Origin: Victivallaceae bacterium
Lineage (GTDB): Bacteria > Verrucomicrobiota > Lentisphaeria > Victivallales > Victivallaceae
Assembly: GCA_045587205.1 (NCBI GenBank)
Contig: JAZNBV010000079.1
Coordinates: 1-55,527 of the forward strand
DNA length: 55,527 bases
Direction: 5' to 3'
Shown here one piece after another: positions 19,006 to 28,056 of this stretch (position 1 is the first letter of the stretch; each line of letters opens with the position of its first letter). The notes under the pieces are model-generated. The model made no database searches. It was not told where the DNA came from and saw nothing but the letters and a program-made list of their open reading frames with translations. Position numbers and translations under genes: made by a program.

Positions 19006-20391
19006 ATGTTACGCTTTTTTAAACACCCGCGGCGGCGGGATATTATTTTATGGGGATTGCTGGTAATCTATCTGGCACTCCTCGCCCTGTTGGGTTGGGA
19101 AGATCCGGAGCTGCTGGTTTTCTACCGCAACAGTCTGCACCCGGAACTTTCCGGAACTGCCATTTGTGTAATGGCGGTAACATATCTCTATTTGCTTGCC
19201 ACCGGGATATTGTGCTGTTTCTACCGTCCGGTCAAAACAATTGAAAATGATGATCTTCTGCCAACTTGTACAGTAATCGTTCCGGCGTATAATGAAGGAC
19301 CTTATGTGGAAAGAACCATCAAAAGTCTGCTTGCCAGCGATTATCCGGCAGATAAACTTGAGATCATTGCGGTAAACGACGGCTCCAAAGATGATACCTG
19401 GAATTACATTTTACGCGGCGCCAAACTCTCTCCCCGGCAGATAACAACAGTAAATCTGCCGGAAAATAAAGGCAAGAAAAATGCCATTTACATTGCAACC
19501 CTTGCTGCGCGTGGCGATGTAATTGTTACGGTGGACAGCGATTCATCGGTAAAACCGGGTACTCTCCGGGCGCTGGTATCGCCGATGCAGGATGAAAGTA
19601 TCGGTGCTGTTGCCGGTGCGATCAGAGTAAAAACTCCGGAACAGAGTTTCATTACTTCGCTGCTGGACGTATTACTGGTCTTCGGATGCGAATTCCTGCG
19701 GGCAGCACAAAGCGTTACCACGCTGGTACTCTGCACCCCCGGAGCTTTGAGTGCTTACCGGAAAAGCGCCCTGCTGCCGATCATTGAAGAGTGGAATAAT
19801 CAAACCTTTATGGGAAGACCGGCACGGATCGGGGAAGACCGGGCATTGGCAACTCTGATCTTGCGCAGCAATTACAAAATCGTTCATCAGAGTACAGCGC
19901 TGGCTACAACCTGCGTGCCGCGTACCGTTACCGGAGCGTGCAAGATGCTGCTGCGCTGGACGCGGGGCGATATCCGTGAAAATCTGCTGATGACCAAATT
20001 TGCTTTCAAGAATTTTCCGCCCCGCAATGTACGCAGCTGGGTATTGATTGCTTACTGGGTGGCGCTGACGCAGAATCTGATATTGCCATTTCTGTTTGTT
20101 CCGTCATTTTTCTATATGCTCTGCTATGGAGCTAAAGATCCAGTTATCTTTCTGGCAGCCAACGCGCTGCTTTCGCTCTCCTGGGCGTCGATTCCGGCAA
20201 TCATATATGCACGCAACACCAACATACGCAAAGCGGTGTGGGCTTTGCTCTACGGGGCATTCTGCCCGATGCTGCTGGCATTTATTTATATGTACAGTTT
20301 TCTGACCTTGAGAGATTCGCGTTGGATGACCCGTGAACTCAAGAAAAAATCGCCTGCACCCGACGGTGCAAACACAGCTTCTGCAGAATAA
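19006..20391 (+). CDS. Processive family-2 glycosyltransferase (cellulose/chitin/PNAG-synthase-like)
   Basis: TVIVPAYNEG...IAVNDGSKDDT (DxD region), VDSDS, and the ..LRWTRGD (QxxRW-type) motif. TM helices flank the catalytic domain. Confidence 0.7.
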   Translation: MLRFFKHPRRRDIILWGLLVIYLALLALLGWEDPELLVFYRNSLHPELSGTAICVMAVTYLYLLATGILCCFYRPVKTIENDDLLPTCTVIVPAYNEGPYVERTIKSLLASDYPADKLEIIAVNDGSKDDTWNYILRGAKLSPRQITTVNLPENKGKKNAIYIATLAARGDVIVTVDSDSSVKPGTLRALVSPMQDESIGAVAGAIRVKTPEQSFITSLLDVLLVFGCEFLRAAQSVTTLVLCTPGALSAYRKSALLPIIEEWNNQTFMGRPARIGEDRALATLILRSNYKIVHQSTALATTCVPRTVTGACKMLLRWTRGDIRENLLMTKFAFKNFPPRNVRSWVLIAYWVALTQNLILPFLFVPSFFYMLCYGAKDPVIFLAANALLSLSWASIPAIIYARNTNIRKAVWALLYGAFCPMLLAFIYMYSFLTLRDSRWMTRELKKKSPAPDGANTASAE

Positions 20392-20517
20392 AATACAACA
20401 TTCTGCAACGGTGTAATACACCCTTTTTTATACTCATATATTGACAAAAAACGCCTCCTTTGACATTGCCGTGTATGGGCTTTGCCAGAAAAACATTTCG
20501 CAAAAAGGAGGATCGTA

Positions 20518-22440
20518 ATGTTTTATATTGACCTTGCCGATGGCAGAATGCGGACTGCGTCAGGCAGTAAAACTGCAGCACTTATGCATCTGGTGGAAGC
20601 GCAGATGCAGGAATTTGAGTTTGCATTTTTTCAAGACCGCCGGCTTTATACAATTCCGGAAGACTCCACCCTGGTAATCGCAGGCGATGTGGTGGAAAAT
20701 AATGAAACGCCCGCGTTCTCTGCCACCGGGATCGTTGCCGACGACCGGCAGTCGGTAAAATTTTTCATCAGTACCAATTCACTTGAATATCAGCAGCGTA
20801 TCCGCGCCAGCAATACCCCCTGTTTTGTTGATATATGCATAAAAAGTGCCGGCGATGCTGATTTCCGCCGGCTGGTTCGCTTCAATGCCATTGCCGATGC
20901 ACGGTTGAATATTGAAGCCAGAGTGACTGATTTTTCAGAAATCACTGTTACAGCTGCGGATGTATTATCCGGTAAAAAATTTATTGCTGCCAATGGTTCG
21001 CTGCAAACCGGTGCCATTCCGTATGTAACGGCACAATGCAGTGAAAATCAGGTTATTGTTCCTGCCGGTTTTTTTGCTGAAACGCAAACGCTTACAGTAC
21101 AAACTGCCGATAAACCGGTGATATCCGGCAATAAGATAACTCTTTCCGCCGGATACCAGCCGGCGGAACAGACATTCCAGCTCGGTACGCCGCACCCGGG
21201 TGGTGAATACATTCCGGACAATACAGATCAGACTGTATCAGCCGGCAGTTATCTTGAAAATGATCTGGTCATCAAAGGCGACAGTAATTTTATTGCCGGA
21301 AATATTGCCGCAGGCAAAACTGTTTTCAACATCCGGGGCACCTATACAAGTGATGCCACCGCCGCTGCCGATGATATACGATCCGGCAAAAGTGCATATA
21401 TCAACGGCAGAAAAATAACCGGCTCCGTTCCTGATACAGCCGGAAGCCTCGCCGGAAATGTGGTAACCATACCTGCCGGTTTTATCCCGGAGCAGCAGAC
21501 TGTTACTGTTCCGCAGGCAGCAGAACCGGTGGTCAATGCAAACAGTGTTGTCATCAATAAAGGGTATTATCCGGAAAAAACCACTGTGACCATTCCGCAG
21601 GCGCAAACTCCGACTGTTCATAAAAATGTGGTCACAGTTTACAAAGGTTATTACCCGCAGCAGCAGGAAATAGAAACCGAAAGCGGTTATGGTAATATAC
21701 AGTATGGATATATAAACGATGAGGGACTTTTTCAGCCGCTGAACCTTGCAGAAACAACCCCGCTCGACATCGGAGATGCGGAAAGTTTTTCTGAACTTGA
21801 TATGTTCAAAACCAACCGGCGGGAAAGCACATATACTGATGATGAATTCGGTATATTCTTTTACAGATGCTCTATGCCGCCGACAGCCCTTGACAGCCTG
21901 CTGGTGAGTGGTGCCGGAAATACAGAATACAACGGTCTTTACATTGGTATGGAGAATTCTTTTGACGGCAGCGGAAACTCCGGACTGTTGCGTATATGGT
22001 ACAAAGAGGGTACCGACAGTTATTCAGCAGACCACAAAGCCATTGCCGTATATGCCAATAAAAATTCCTACAGTATATTGATTGCCAAAGGTTACATTGA
22101 GTCTAACGGAAAATTTATGCATCAGTCCTATCCATACCGGATTGACAAAAACATAAGCACCGTAGATGAAGCCATCGATCTTATGAACAGCAATATCTGG
22201 ACGGTAATGACCGGCTCCAGCGGTGGCATTGACCCCGGACCGACAGTTGAATATCTGCTGCCGTCCGGTACCTGGAGCGGACATAAAATGATTCAGAACA
22301 GTGACGGCTCGTGGAGCCAGGAAGACGAAGAAACCACCAATCTGCCGATAAAAGGGGTAACTCCGGTAGTGGGCGGTATATACAGCAAAGATACAACGGT
22401 GACCATTTCCGCAGTATATGAAGGGAGCAATGAACAATGA
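20518..22440 (+). CDS. Hypothetical protein with tail-fibre-like internal sequence repeats
   Basis: Strong RBS AAAGGAGG 8 nt upstream. Repeated Thr/Gln/Val-rich segments (..VPAGF.AETQTLTVQTADKPV.., ..IPAGFIPEQQTVTVPQAAEPV.., ..NKGYYPEKTTVTIPQAQTPTV.., ..YKGYYPQQQEIE). No signal peptide. Confidence 0.5.
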   Translation: MFYIDLADGRMRTASGSKTAALMHLVEAQMQEFEFAFFQDRRLYTIPEDSTLVIAGDVVENNETPAFSATGIVADDRQSVKFFISTNSLEYQQRIRASNTPCFVDICIKSAGDADFRRLVRFNAIADARLNIEARVTDFSEITVTAADVLSGKKFIAANGSLQTGAIPYVTAQCSENQVIVPAGFFAETQTLTVQTADKPVISGNKITLSAGYQPAEQTFQLGTPHPGGEYIPDNTDQTVSAGSYLENDLVIKGDSNFIAGNIAAGKTVFNIRGTYTSDATAAADDIRSGKSAYINGRKITGSVPDTAGSLAGNVVTIPAGFIPEQQTVTVPQAAEPVVNANSVVINKGYYPEKTTVTIPQAQTPTVHKNVVTVYKGYYPQQQEIETESGYGNIQYGYINDEGLFQPLNLAETTPLDIGDAESFSELDMFKTNRRESTYTDDEFGIFFYRCSMPPTALDSLLVSGAGNTEYNGLYIGMENSFDGSGNSGLLRIWYKEGTDSYSADHKAIAVYANKNSYSILIAKGYIESNGKFMHQSYPYRIDKNISTVDEAIDLMNSNIWTVMTGSSGGIDPGPTVEYLLPSGTWSGHKMIQNSDGSWSQEDEETTNLPIKGVTPVVGGIYSKDTTVTISAVYEGSNEQ

Positions 22441-22913
22441 GTATTTCAATCAACAATAAATTCAATGTCAAAGAATTGGCAAAACCCGGACAGCGCGTTA
22501 TCAAAGTGGTAAAAGATGAAATTGCGGAATATTATCCCGTCGGCCTGTCAGTACTGGTGAACAAATCACCGGTGGTGGAAACTGTTTTTTATCACGAAAC
22601 ATACGATTCGGTCTGTTATCTGGACGATGAAAATGACATCAGATCCGTGGGATGGAACGGAGAGCCGCCGCAAATCATTGACTTGTGGATCAGATCGCTG
22701 GATGATACTTCCAACGGTAATATAGTTCTGCAATACGGCAGCAATGAAACCGTCCTGGCTGTCACTCCGCAGCTTACACGCCACAGCTGGAGTCTGCAGC
22801 ACGCCGCTGCCGGAGAAATACATATCTTGCGCCTGACTGACGACCCGCGCGATACTCTCAAAAACAGCAGCGAAGTGGTGACTGCAATCGTAACTGATTG
22901 GCAGGTGGTGTAA
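22437..22913 (+). CDS. Hypothetical protein, translationally coupled (ATGA overlap with the upstream gene)
   Basis: Start overlaps the stop of the preceding gene (caATGAgt). No recognisable domain. Confidence 0.45.
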   Translation: MSISINNKFNVKELAKPGQRVIKVVKDEIAEYYPVGLSVLVNKSPVVETVFYHETYDSVCYLDDENDIRSVGWNGEPPQIIDLWIRSLDDTSNGNIVLQYGSNETVLAVTPQLTRHSWSLQHAAAGEIHILRLTDDPRDTLKNSSEVVTAIVTDWQVV

Positions 22914-22914
22914 T

Positions 22915-23775
22915 ATGGCTATGATTTCATACCCTATGCAGCAAGCAAAACGCGATGATTGTATGCTGGCGATATTCCCGCAGCACGGCGGATGCTGTCT
23001 CAACCGTATTCCTCCGGACACTGCACCTTTTACGGCTGATACTGCTCCGCAAAAAGATAAATACAGCAATGTCTGGCAATTCCAGCAGCACGGATTCCTG
23101 GTGAAACGGCATACTGCAATGTTCCCGATGGGATTCGGATGTCCTTATGATATTATGGAAAATAACTCATACTGGAATGAAAACCGCGAAGGCTGCGTGC
23201 AATCCACTGTGGATGTACGGGGAAATACCACATCTAAAACAATGATCGTCAAAGCCTGGTGCCGCAAATCAAAAAATGAAACCGAACAGCAGCAGGGAAT
23301 TTGCTTGCAGAATCCTTTGATTTCTGCCGGTACTTGCTGGGCTAATATTTCCAACGAAACAATTTTCCGTTTTTTGGTCGAAGAATATCATCATAATGAT
23401 ATTTCACAGCGCACTCTGAATATTATTGCCGGTTTTGTATTTGATGAAGCAAATGATGATAGTTCCCTGAAAAATGAGAAACTGAGCATTCTGCTGCCGG
23501 AAAAATATATGGATAAACTCACTGTATATGCCCTGGTGGCTGATTACGATAAAACTCCGGGAGAAATGGAAATACGCATCTATGCCGATGGAGAAATGCT
23601 GGGTTCTAAAACCTGTCAGGCTATGCGCTGGAGTGTCATAGATAAACATCCGGGAATGTATTATGTAGCCGTACGCCGGGAGGCTTCAACTTCAATGTCC
23701 ACCTGGGGGTTTGTCTCCTGGGGACTTATGTTCGACTCGGTGCTTACCGATGAAGAAATAAAATCGTATAAATAA
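22915..23775 (+). CDS. Hypothetical Cys/Asn-rich protein, coupled (TAATATG)
   Basis: Begins 2 nt after the upstream stop. Many N-x-S/T and Cys residues. No recognisable domain. Confidence 0.45.
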   Translation: MAMISYPMQQAKRDDCMLAIFPQHGGCCLNRIPPDTAPFTADTAPQKDKYSNVWQFQQHGFLVKRHTAMFPMGFGCPYDIMENNSYWNENREGCVQSTVDVRGNTTSKTMIVKAWCRKSKNETEQQQGICLQNPLISAGTCWANISNETIFRFLVEEYHHNDISQRTLNIIAGFVFDEANDDSSLKNEKLSILLPEKYMDKLTVYALVADYDKTPGEMEIRIYADGEMLGSKTCQAMRWSVIDKHPGMYYVAVRREASTSMSTWGFVSWGLMFDSVLTDEEIKSYK

Positions 23776-23861
23776 ACTCTCTTTATTATTTACTCATAAA
23801 AAAATCCGCAGCAGCAAATATAAAAATTGCTGCTGCGGATTTACTTTATCCGGCAAATAAC

Positions 23862-24215
23862 TTATTTCAACCCCTCAATAACCGGCGGCACATACTGCTT
23901 TTCCTGCAGTTTAACGCGGTTGTAATATTCATTGCCCCAACCGGCAACTTTGCCTTTTTTGAAAACCACCGGCATACATTCATCGATCGTGGTCTGCCCG
24001 TCGTGCCAGCAGGTATTTACATAATAATACCACACATCAGGCTTGGCAAAAAACACATCCAGCGGTTCGCCCATAATCTCCCGCACCTGCGCCCTGGTCA
24101 TACCCACACGCAGATTCGCAGATTTTTCCACATTGTCATACTGACTGAAATATCCGCAACCGGACATTATGCCCATAACCGTAAGCGCAGCAACTGCAAC
24201 AACAAACTTTCTCAT
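23862..24215 (-). CDS. Small lipoprotein, BamE/SmpA-OmlA-like
   Basis: Signal plus lipobox (VMGIMSGC). The MTRAQVREIMGEP segment is typical of SmpA/OmlA (BamE) family proteins. Confidence 0.45.
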   Translation of the reverse strand: MRKFVVAVAALTVMGIMSGCGYFSQYDNVEKSANLRVGMTRAQVREIMGEPLDVFFAKPDVWYYYVNTCWHDGQTTIDECMPVVFKKGKVAGWGNEYYNRVKLQEKQYVPPVIEGLK

Positions 24216-24230
24216 AAAAAAATACTCCTT

Positions 24231-26240
24231 TTATCGCCAGCAGCGGTAAATCTGCGGCACCAGATATTTGATCACCGATGCCACCGGCAACGCAAAGATC
24301 ATACCCGGTATGCCGGCAAGGATCCCACCCAGCAATACAACTATGATCGTTTCCAGCGTTGTCAAGCCCAGCGACTCGCCGATGATCCACGGATAAATGA
24401 AAAACTGTTCGATTATACCGTTGTGGATCAGATAAATACCGATCACTCCGGCAATCTGCAGAACCGATACCTCTGCACCGCCGACCGCCAATGTAACCAG
24501 CACTGTAATCAATGCACTGGAAACCGGTCCTATATACGGCAGCAATATACCCACCGCCGCAACCGCGCCCAGCAGCGGCGCGTAAGGCACATTAAGCAAA
24601 GTAAACACAGTAGTATAAACACAATAATCGATTAACACCATTGTCATATAACCACGCAGCCAGATCCGCAGTTTATTCAGAACTTCTCCGACGATCCGGT
24701 CGCCGTCCTGCAGATTTTCTTCGGACATTTCCGGCAGCCATCTGCCGTTGAATACTGTACGGATCAGATAACTTGTTGCCTGCTGATCCTTATTTTCGCG
24801 CGAATGCAGAAATCCCGCCAGTTTACCCAGCAGCAGCGAGAAAAAGAAGAATGTAAGCAAAATATTCAACAGAAACGTTGCAAACATTGCCACAAATTTA
24901 GCTATAAACGCAAACAAACCGCCGGATTTTTTCAACAGCAATTCTGTAAGCTGTTTCTCCGCTTTGCCCTGTGCCAGATAATCTGAAAGCTCCGTAAGGA
25001 TCTGCTGGATCAGCGGCAGTTTGCTGAAGCGTTCTTTCAAACCATCCAGCACCTTTATCAGACGACCGCTGATACCGGAAGCATCGCTGTCCCGGGGAGC
25101 AGCGGATACAGCATTCCCGATCTTGACCGATTCATCCGGAAACGCTTTCTGCACCCATTTCCAGCTGCGAACCTTACGCTTTACACCAATCCAGAAACCG
25201 GTTTTTTTCTCTTCCTTCTGCACCACATTCTCCGCAGGCGCGGCAGATGCCGGAACTTCTGTTTTTATCACCGGCTTGCTGTTGACCTGTGTCTGACCGC
25301 CAGGAGTCGCAACCTGCTGTTTCACCGGTACAAACTTGGCGGCGGCAGCAGAAATATTCTTTTTCAGCGGCGCAACATAACTGCTCAAAGTCACTGCCAG
25401 ACATATCAGTATCACCAGAAAAGCACACACGACGCAAGACACCGTCACAGTTACAGCTTTAGTTATAAGCGCCTGCTGCTGACGGCGTTGTATTTCTTCT
25501 TCAGAAAGTTTGTATTTACCATCCTCGCGGATACGTTTAAGCGTGCTCAAACGGCGGAAAAATCCGCCCTTATGAGATTTTCTCCGTGCAATGCGTTTTT
25601 CCAGATACTGCTCAAGCGGCAAAAACAAATATGCCAGTGCCAACCCGAACAGCAGTGAACTCAACCAGGTTGCTATAAGTATGAACAGTCCGATAACGAT
25701 CAAAGCCAGCACTATACCGGTTCCGGAGCGGATAATCTTGGCACGCTGGGAATGTGATTCCCGGATTGTAAGCGCCATTTCTTCAAATTCTTCCGGCGCT
25801 ATATCCAAACCGTCCGCCAGTTTTTCCACCAGACTGAAAGCCTCTATGCGGTATTCGTCCTGCTCAAGCGACAATGCAAGCAGATAAGTCAGCAGCACCT
25901 TCTTTTTAGCGGAGTCATAACTTTTTATCGCCGGAAGAGCCTCTTCCGGCGTACCCGGCGCAACCCGGCGCAAAAACTCCAGCATATAAGCAATCTTGCG
26001 TTCGCTCAAATGCATACGCTCCGCGCGCTGACGCACCTTGGCAAAAGCCTTTTCCTGTCCTGTTCTGTCCGGAGGCAGCACCGCTTTTACCAGCGACAAT
26101 ATCTGTTTATCGTCGTCACTCAACTGGTCACTGTCTGCAAAAAAAACCGCCACAGCATCCACGGCCCGGTTGACCGGCTGCTCAAAGAATTTACGGATTT
26201 TTTCGGTTGCTGCCTTGAACATAATTTCTGGAACCCGCAA
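24231..26240 (-). CDS. AI-2E (PerM/YhhT/TqsA) family transporter with a ~330 aa N-terminal extension
   Basis: The C-terminal ~340 aa carry AI-2E signature helices (LLPYIGPVSSALI..., IYPWIIGESLGL..., GIPGMIFALPVAS). The N-terminal part has a soluble charged domain, a TM hairpin and a Pro/Val/Lys-rich linker. Confidence 0.65.
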   Translation of the reverse strand: MRVPEIMFKAATEKIRKFFEQPVNRAVDAVAVFFADSDQLSDDDKQILSLVKAVLPPDRTGQEKAFAKVRQRAERMHLSERKIAYMLEFLRRVAPGTPEEALPAIKSYDSAKKKVLLTYLLALSLEQDEYRIEAFSLVEKLADGLDIAPEEFEEMALTIRESHSQRAKIIRSGTGIVLALIVIGLFILIATWLSSLLFGLALAYLFLPLEQYLEKRIARRKSHKGGFFRRLSTLKRIREDGKYKLSEEEIQRRQQQALITKAVTVTVSCVVCAFLVILICLAVTLSSYVAPLKKNISAAAAKFVPVKQQVATPGGQTQVNSKPVIKTEVPASAAPAENVVQKEEKKTGFWIGVKRKVRSWKWVQKAFPDESVKIGNAVSAAPRDSDASGISGRLIKVLDGLKERFSKLPLIQQILTELSDYLAQGKAEKQLTELLLKKSGGLFAFIAKFVAMFATFLLNILLTFFFFSLLLGKLAGFLHSRENKDQQATSYLIRTVFNGRWLPEMSEENLQDGDRIVGEVLNKLRIWLRGYMTMVLIDYCVYTTVFTLLNVPYAPLLGAVAAVGILLPYIGPVSSALITVLVTLAVGGAEVSVLQIAGVIGIYLIHNGIIEQFFIYPWIIGESLGLTTLETIIVVLLGGILAGIPGMIFALPVASVIKYLVPQIYRCWR

Positions 26241-27293
26241 TTATTCTGTTACTGTAACCGGCACGTCGCTCTTTTCCACATAGCCGATCTTTTCGGCAGC
26301 GTAGCCGTTTTTACGGGCGATTTCCAATGCGCGTGCTTCATCTGCTGCCGGCACAAACCACACCATACCCACACCCATATTGAAAACGCGGTAGGCTTCC
26401 TGATGACTCACATTGCCTTTTTCCACCAGCAATTTGAAAATCGGCGGTACCGGCAGAGCCTTGACATTATCAAACACCACCCCGATACCTTCGGGCAGAA
26501 TGCGCGGCACATTGTCATAGAGTCCGCCACCGGTAATATGTGCTATACCATCCAGTGCAATCTTCTGCTGTTGGGCTTCGCGGATCGCGGGGTAGTAGCA
26601 GATATGGGGCTTGAGCAGCGCTTCGCCAACGCTTTCGCCATTGAGTTCATCCAGCACGGTATCGACTGTATAATTGCAAATATCGAAAACTATCTTGCGT
26701 GCCAGGCTGAAACCGTTGGTATGCAACCCGTTGGAGCCAAGACCGATCGCCACATAGCCGGGAGCAATCTTTTCACCGGTGATGATTTCATCTTTTTCCA
26801 CAATACCGGTGATCACACCGACCAGGTCAAAGTCATCACCGTACATACCGGGCATTTCGGCGGTTTCGCCGCCAAGCACGGCGCAGTTCGCCGCTTTGCA
26901 GGCATCGGCAATTCCGCCGAGAACTTCTTCATAAAGCGGAGAACGCAGTTTACCAATACCGATATAATCCATAAAATACACCGGTTCAGCACCCTGCACA
27001 GAAATATCGTTGATACAATGGTTTACAATATCAAATCCCACAGTATCATACTTCTGCATCATCGCCGCGATCATCAGTTTGGTACCCACACCGTCGATAC
27101 TGGAAACCATCACCGGATTGCGGTATTTGCTCAAATCGATCTGAAAAAGACCTCCAAAACCGCCGATCGGCGAAAGCATTTCAGGACGGCGGGTCGCAGA
27201 AATGCGCCCCTTCACCTGTGCCAGAAGATTCTGCGCCAGATCAATATCAACACCTGCGGACTTGTAAAGATCACTTTTAACAGTCTTGCTCAC
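26241..27293 (-). CDS. purM: Phosphoribosylformylglycinamidine cyclo-ligase (AIR synthetase)
   Basis: MSKTV..YKSAGVDIDLAQ...IGGFGGLF...GGETAEMPGMY, the canonical PurM motifs. Confidence 0.85.
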   Translation of the reverse strand: MSKTVKSDLYKSAGVDIDLAQNLLAQVKGRISATRRPEMLSPIGGFGGLFQIDLSKYRNPVMVSSIDGVGTKLMIAAMMQKYDTVGFDIVNHCINDISVQGAEPVYFMDYIGIGKLRSPLYEEVLGGIADACKAANCAVLGGETAEMPGMYGDDFDLVGVITGIVEKDEIITGEKIAPGYVAIGLGSNGLHTNGFSLARKIVFDICNYTVDTVLDELNGESVGEALLKPHICYYPAIREAQQQKIALDGIAHITGGGLYDNVPRILPEGIGVVFDNVKALPVPPIFKLLVEKGNVSHQEAYRVFNMGVGMVWFVPAADEARALEIARKNGYAAEKIGYVEKSDVPVTVTE

Positions 27294-27385
27294 GATAATT
27301 TTCCTTGTTTTTGATTATTTATATATAAAAAATGGTTTCTTATTAATTTACTGCTGAATAGGCAATATTGCAAATATTCAAGCAC

Positions 27386-28033
27386 TTATTTGAACACATC
27401 TACGATTGCCTTGTCCGGTCCGAGCACCACCAGACGGTCTTCAGCTTGCAATACCATATTCGGATCCCATACCGATGACATCTCCTGCCCGGGCTTTTTG
27501 ACCAGCAATATGGTTATGTTGTACTTATTGCGCAAATCCAGACTGCGGATCGTTTTATTGACCATATTATCAGGTATGGCAACTTCGGCAATAAATGAAC
27601 CTTTGAATTCAAACATATCCGTAATCTTGCTCATACTCAACTTGGCGCAGAGCCGTTCAGCAACATCCTGATCCGGCTGAATGACCACATCGGCGCCCAG
27701 ACGCAGCAGGATACGCTTTTGAATGGCGCTGTTGGCTTTGACATAAATATTGCTTGCGCCTTCCTGTTTTATCAGTGTCAGAGCCAATATCAAATCCTCA
27801 AAATGCGAACTCATCCCCATAATGACCGCATCGAATTTTTTGACATCCAGTTCACGGATCACATCCGGATTGCTTACATCGGCAACCAGGGCTTCGGTAA
27901 CTTTTTCACGGATAGCCATAACAGCTTCGCGGTCGCAATCCAGAACCACAACGTGGTGTCCGGCTTCGCTCAATTCGGTAGCAACTTTGGAACCGAATGA
28001 ACCGGCTCCGAATACTGCGTATGCACCTTTCAT
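27386..28033 (-). CDS. trkA: Trk/Ktr potassium uptake system NAD-binding regulatory subunit
   Basis: N-terminal Rossmann fold GAGSFGSKVATEL..HHVVVLD (TrkA_N) plus a C-terminal TrkA_C-like domain. Confidence 0.75.
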   Translation of the reverse strand: MKGAYAVFGAGSFGSKVATELSEAGHHVVVLDCDREAVMAIREKVTEALVADVSNPDVIRELDVKKFDAVIMGMSSHFEDLILALTLIKQEGASNIYVKANSAIQKRILLRLGADVVIQPDQDVAERLCAKLSMSKITDMFEFKGSFIAEVAIPDNMVNKTIRSLDLRNKYNITILLVKKPGQEMSSVWDPNMVLQAEDRLVVLGPDKAIVDVFK

Positions 28034-28056
28034 AAAATCTCAATCCCTTCTGATTT

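Noticed and set aside
20518-23775. The orphan three-gene operon as part of a prophage
   Set aside because: No integrase, terminase, capsid, portal, sheath or lysis genes occur within at least 15 kb on either side, and the flanking genes are chromosomal housekeeping genes. It remains an open possibility only as an isolated remnant or cargo.
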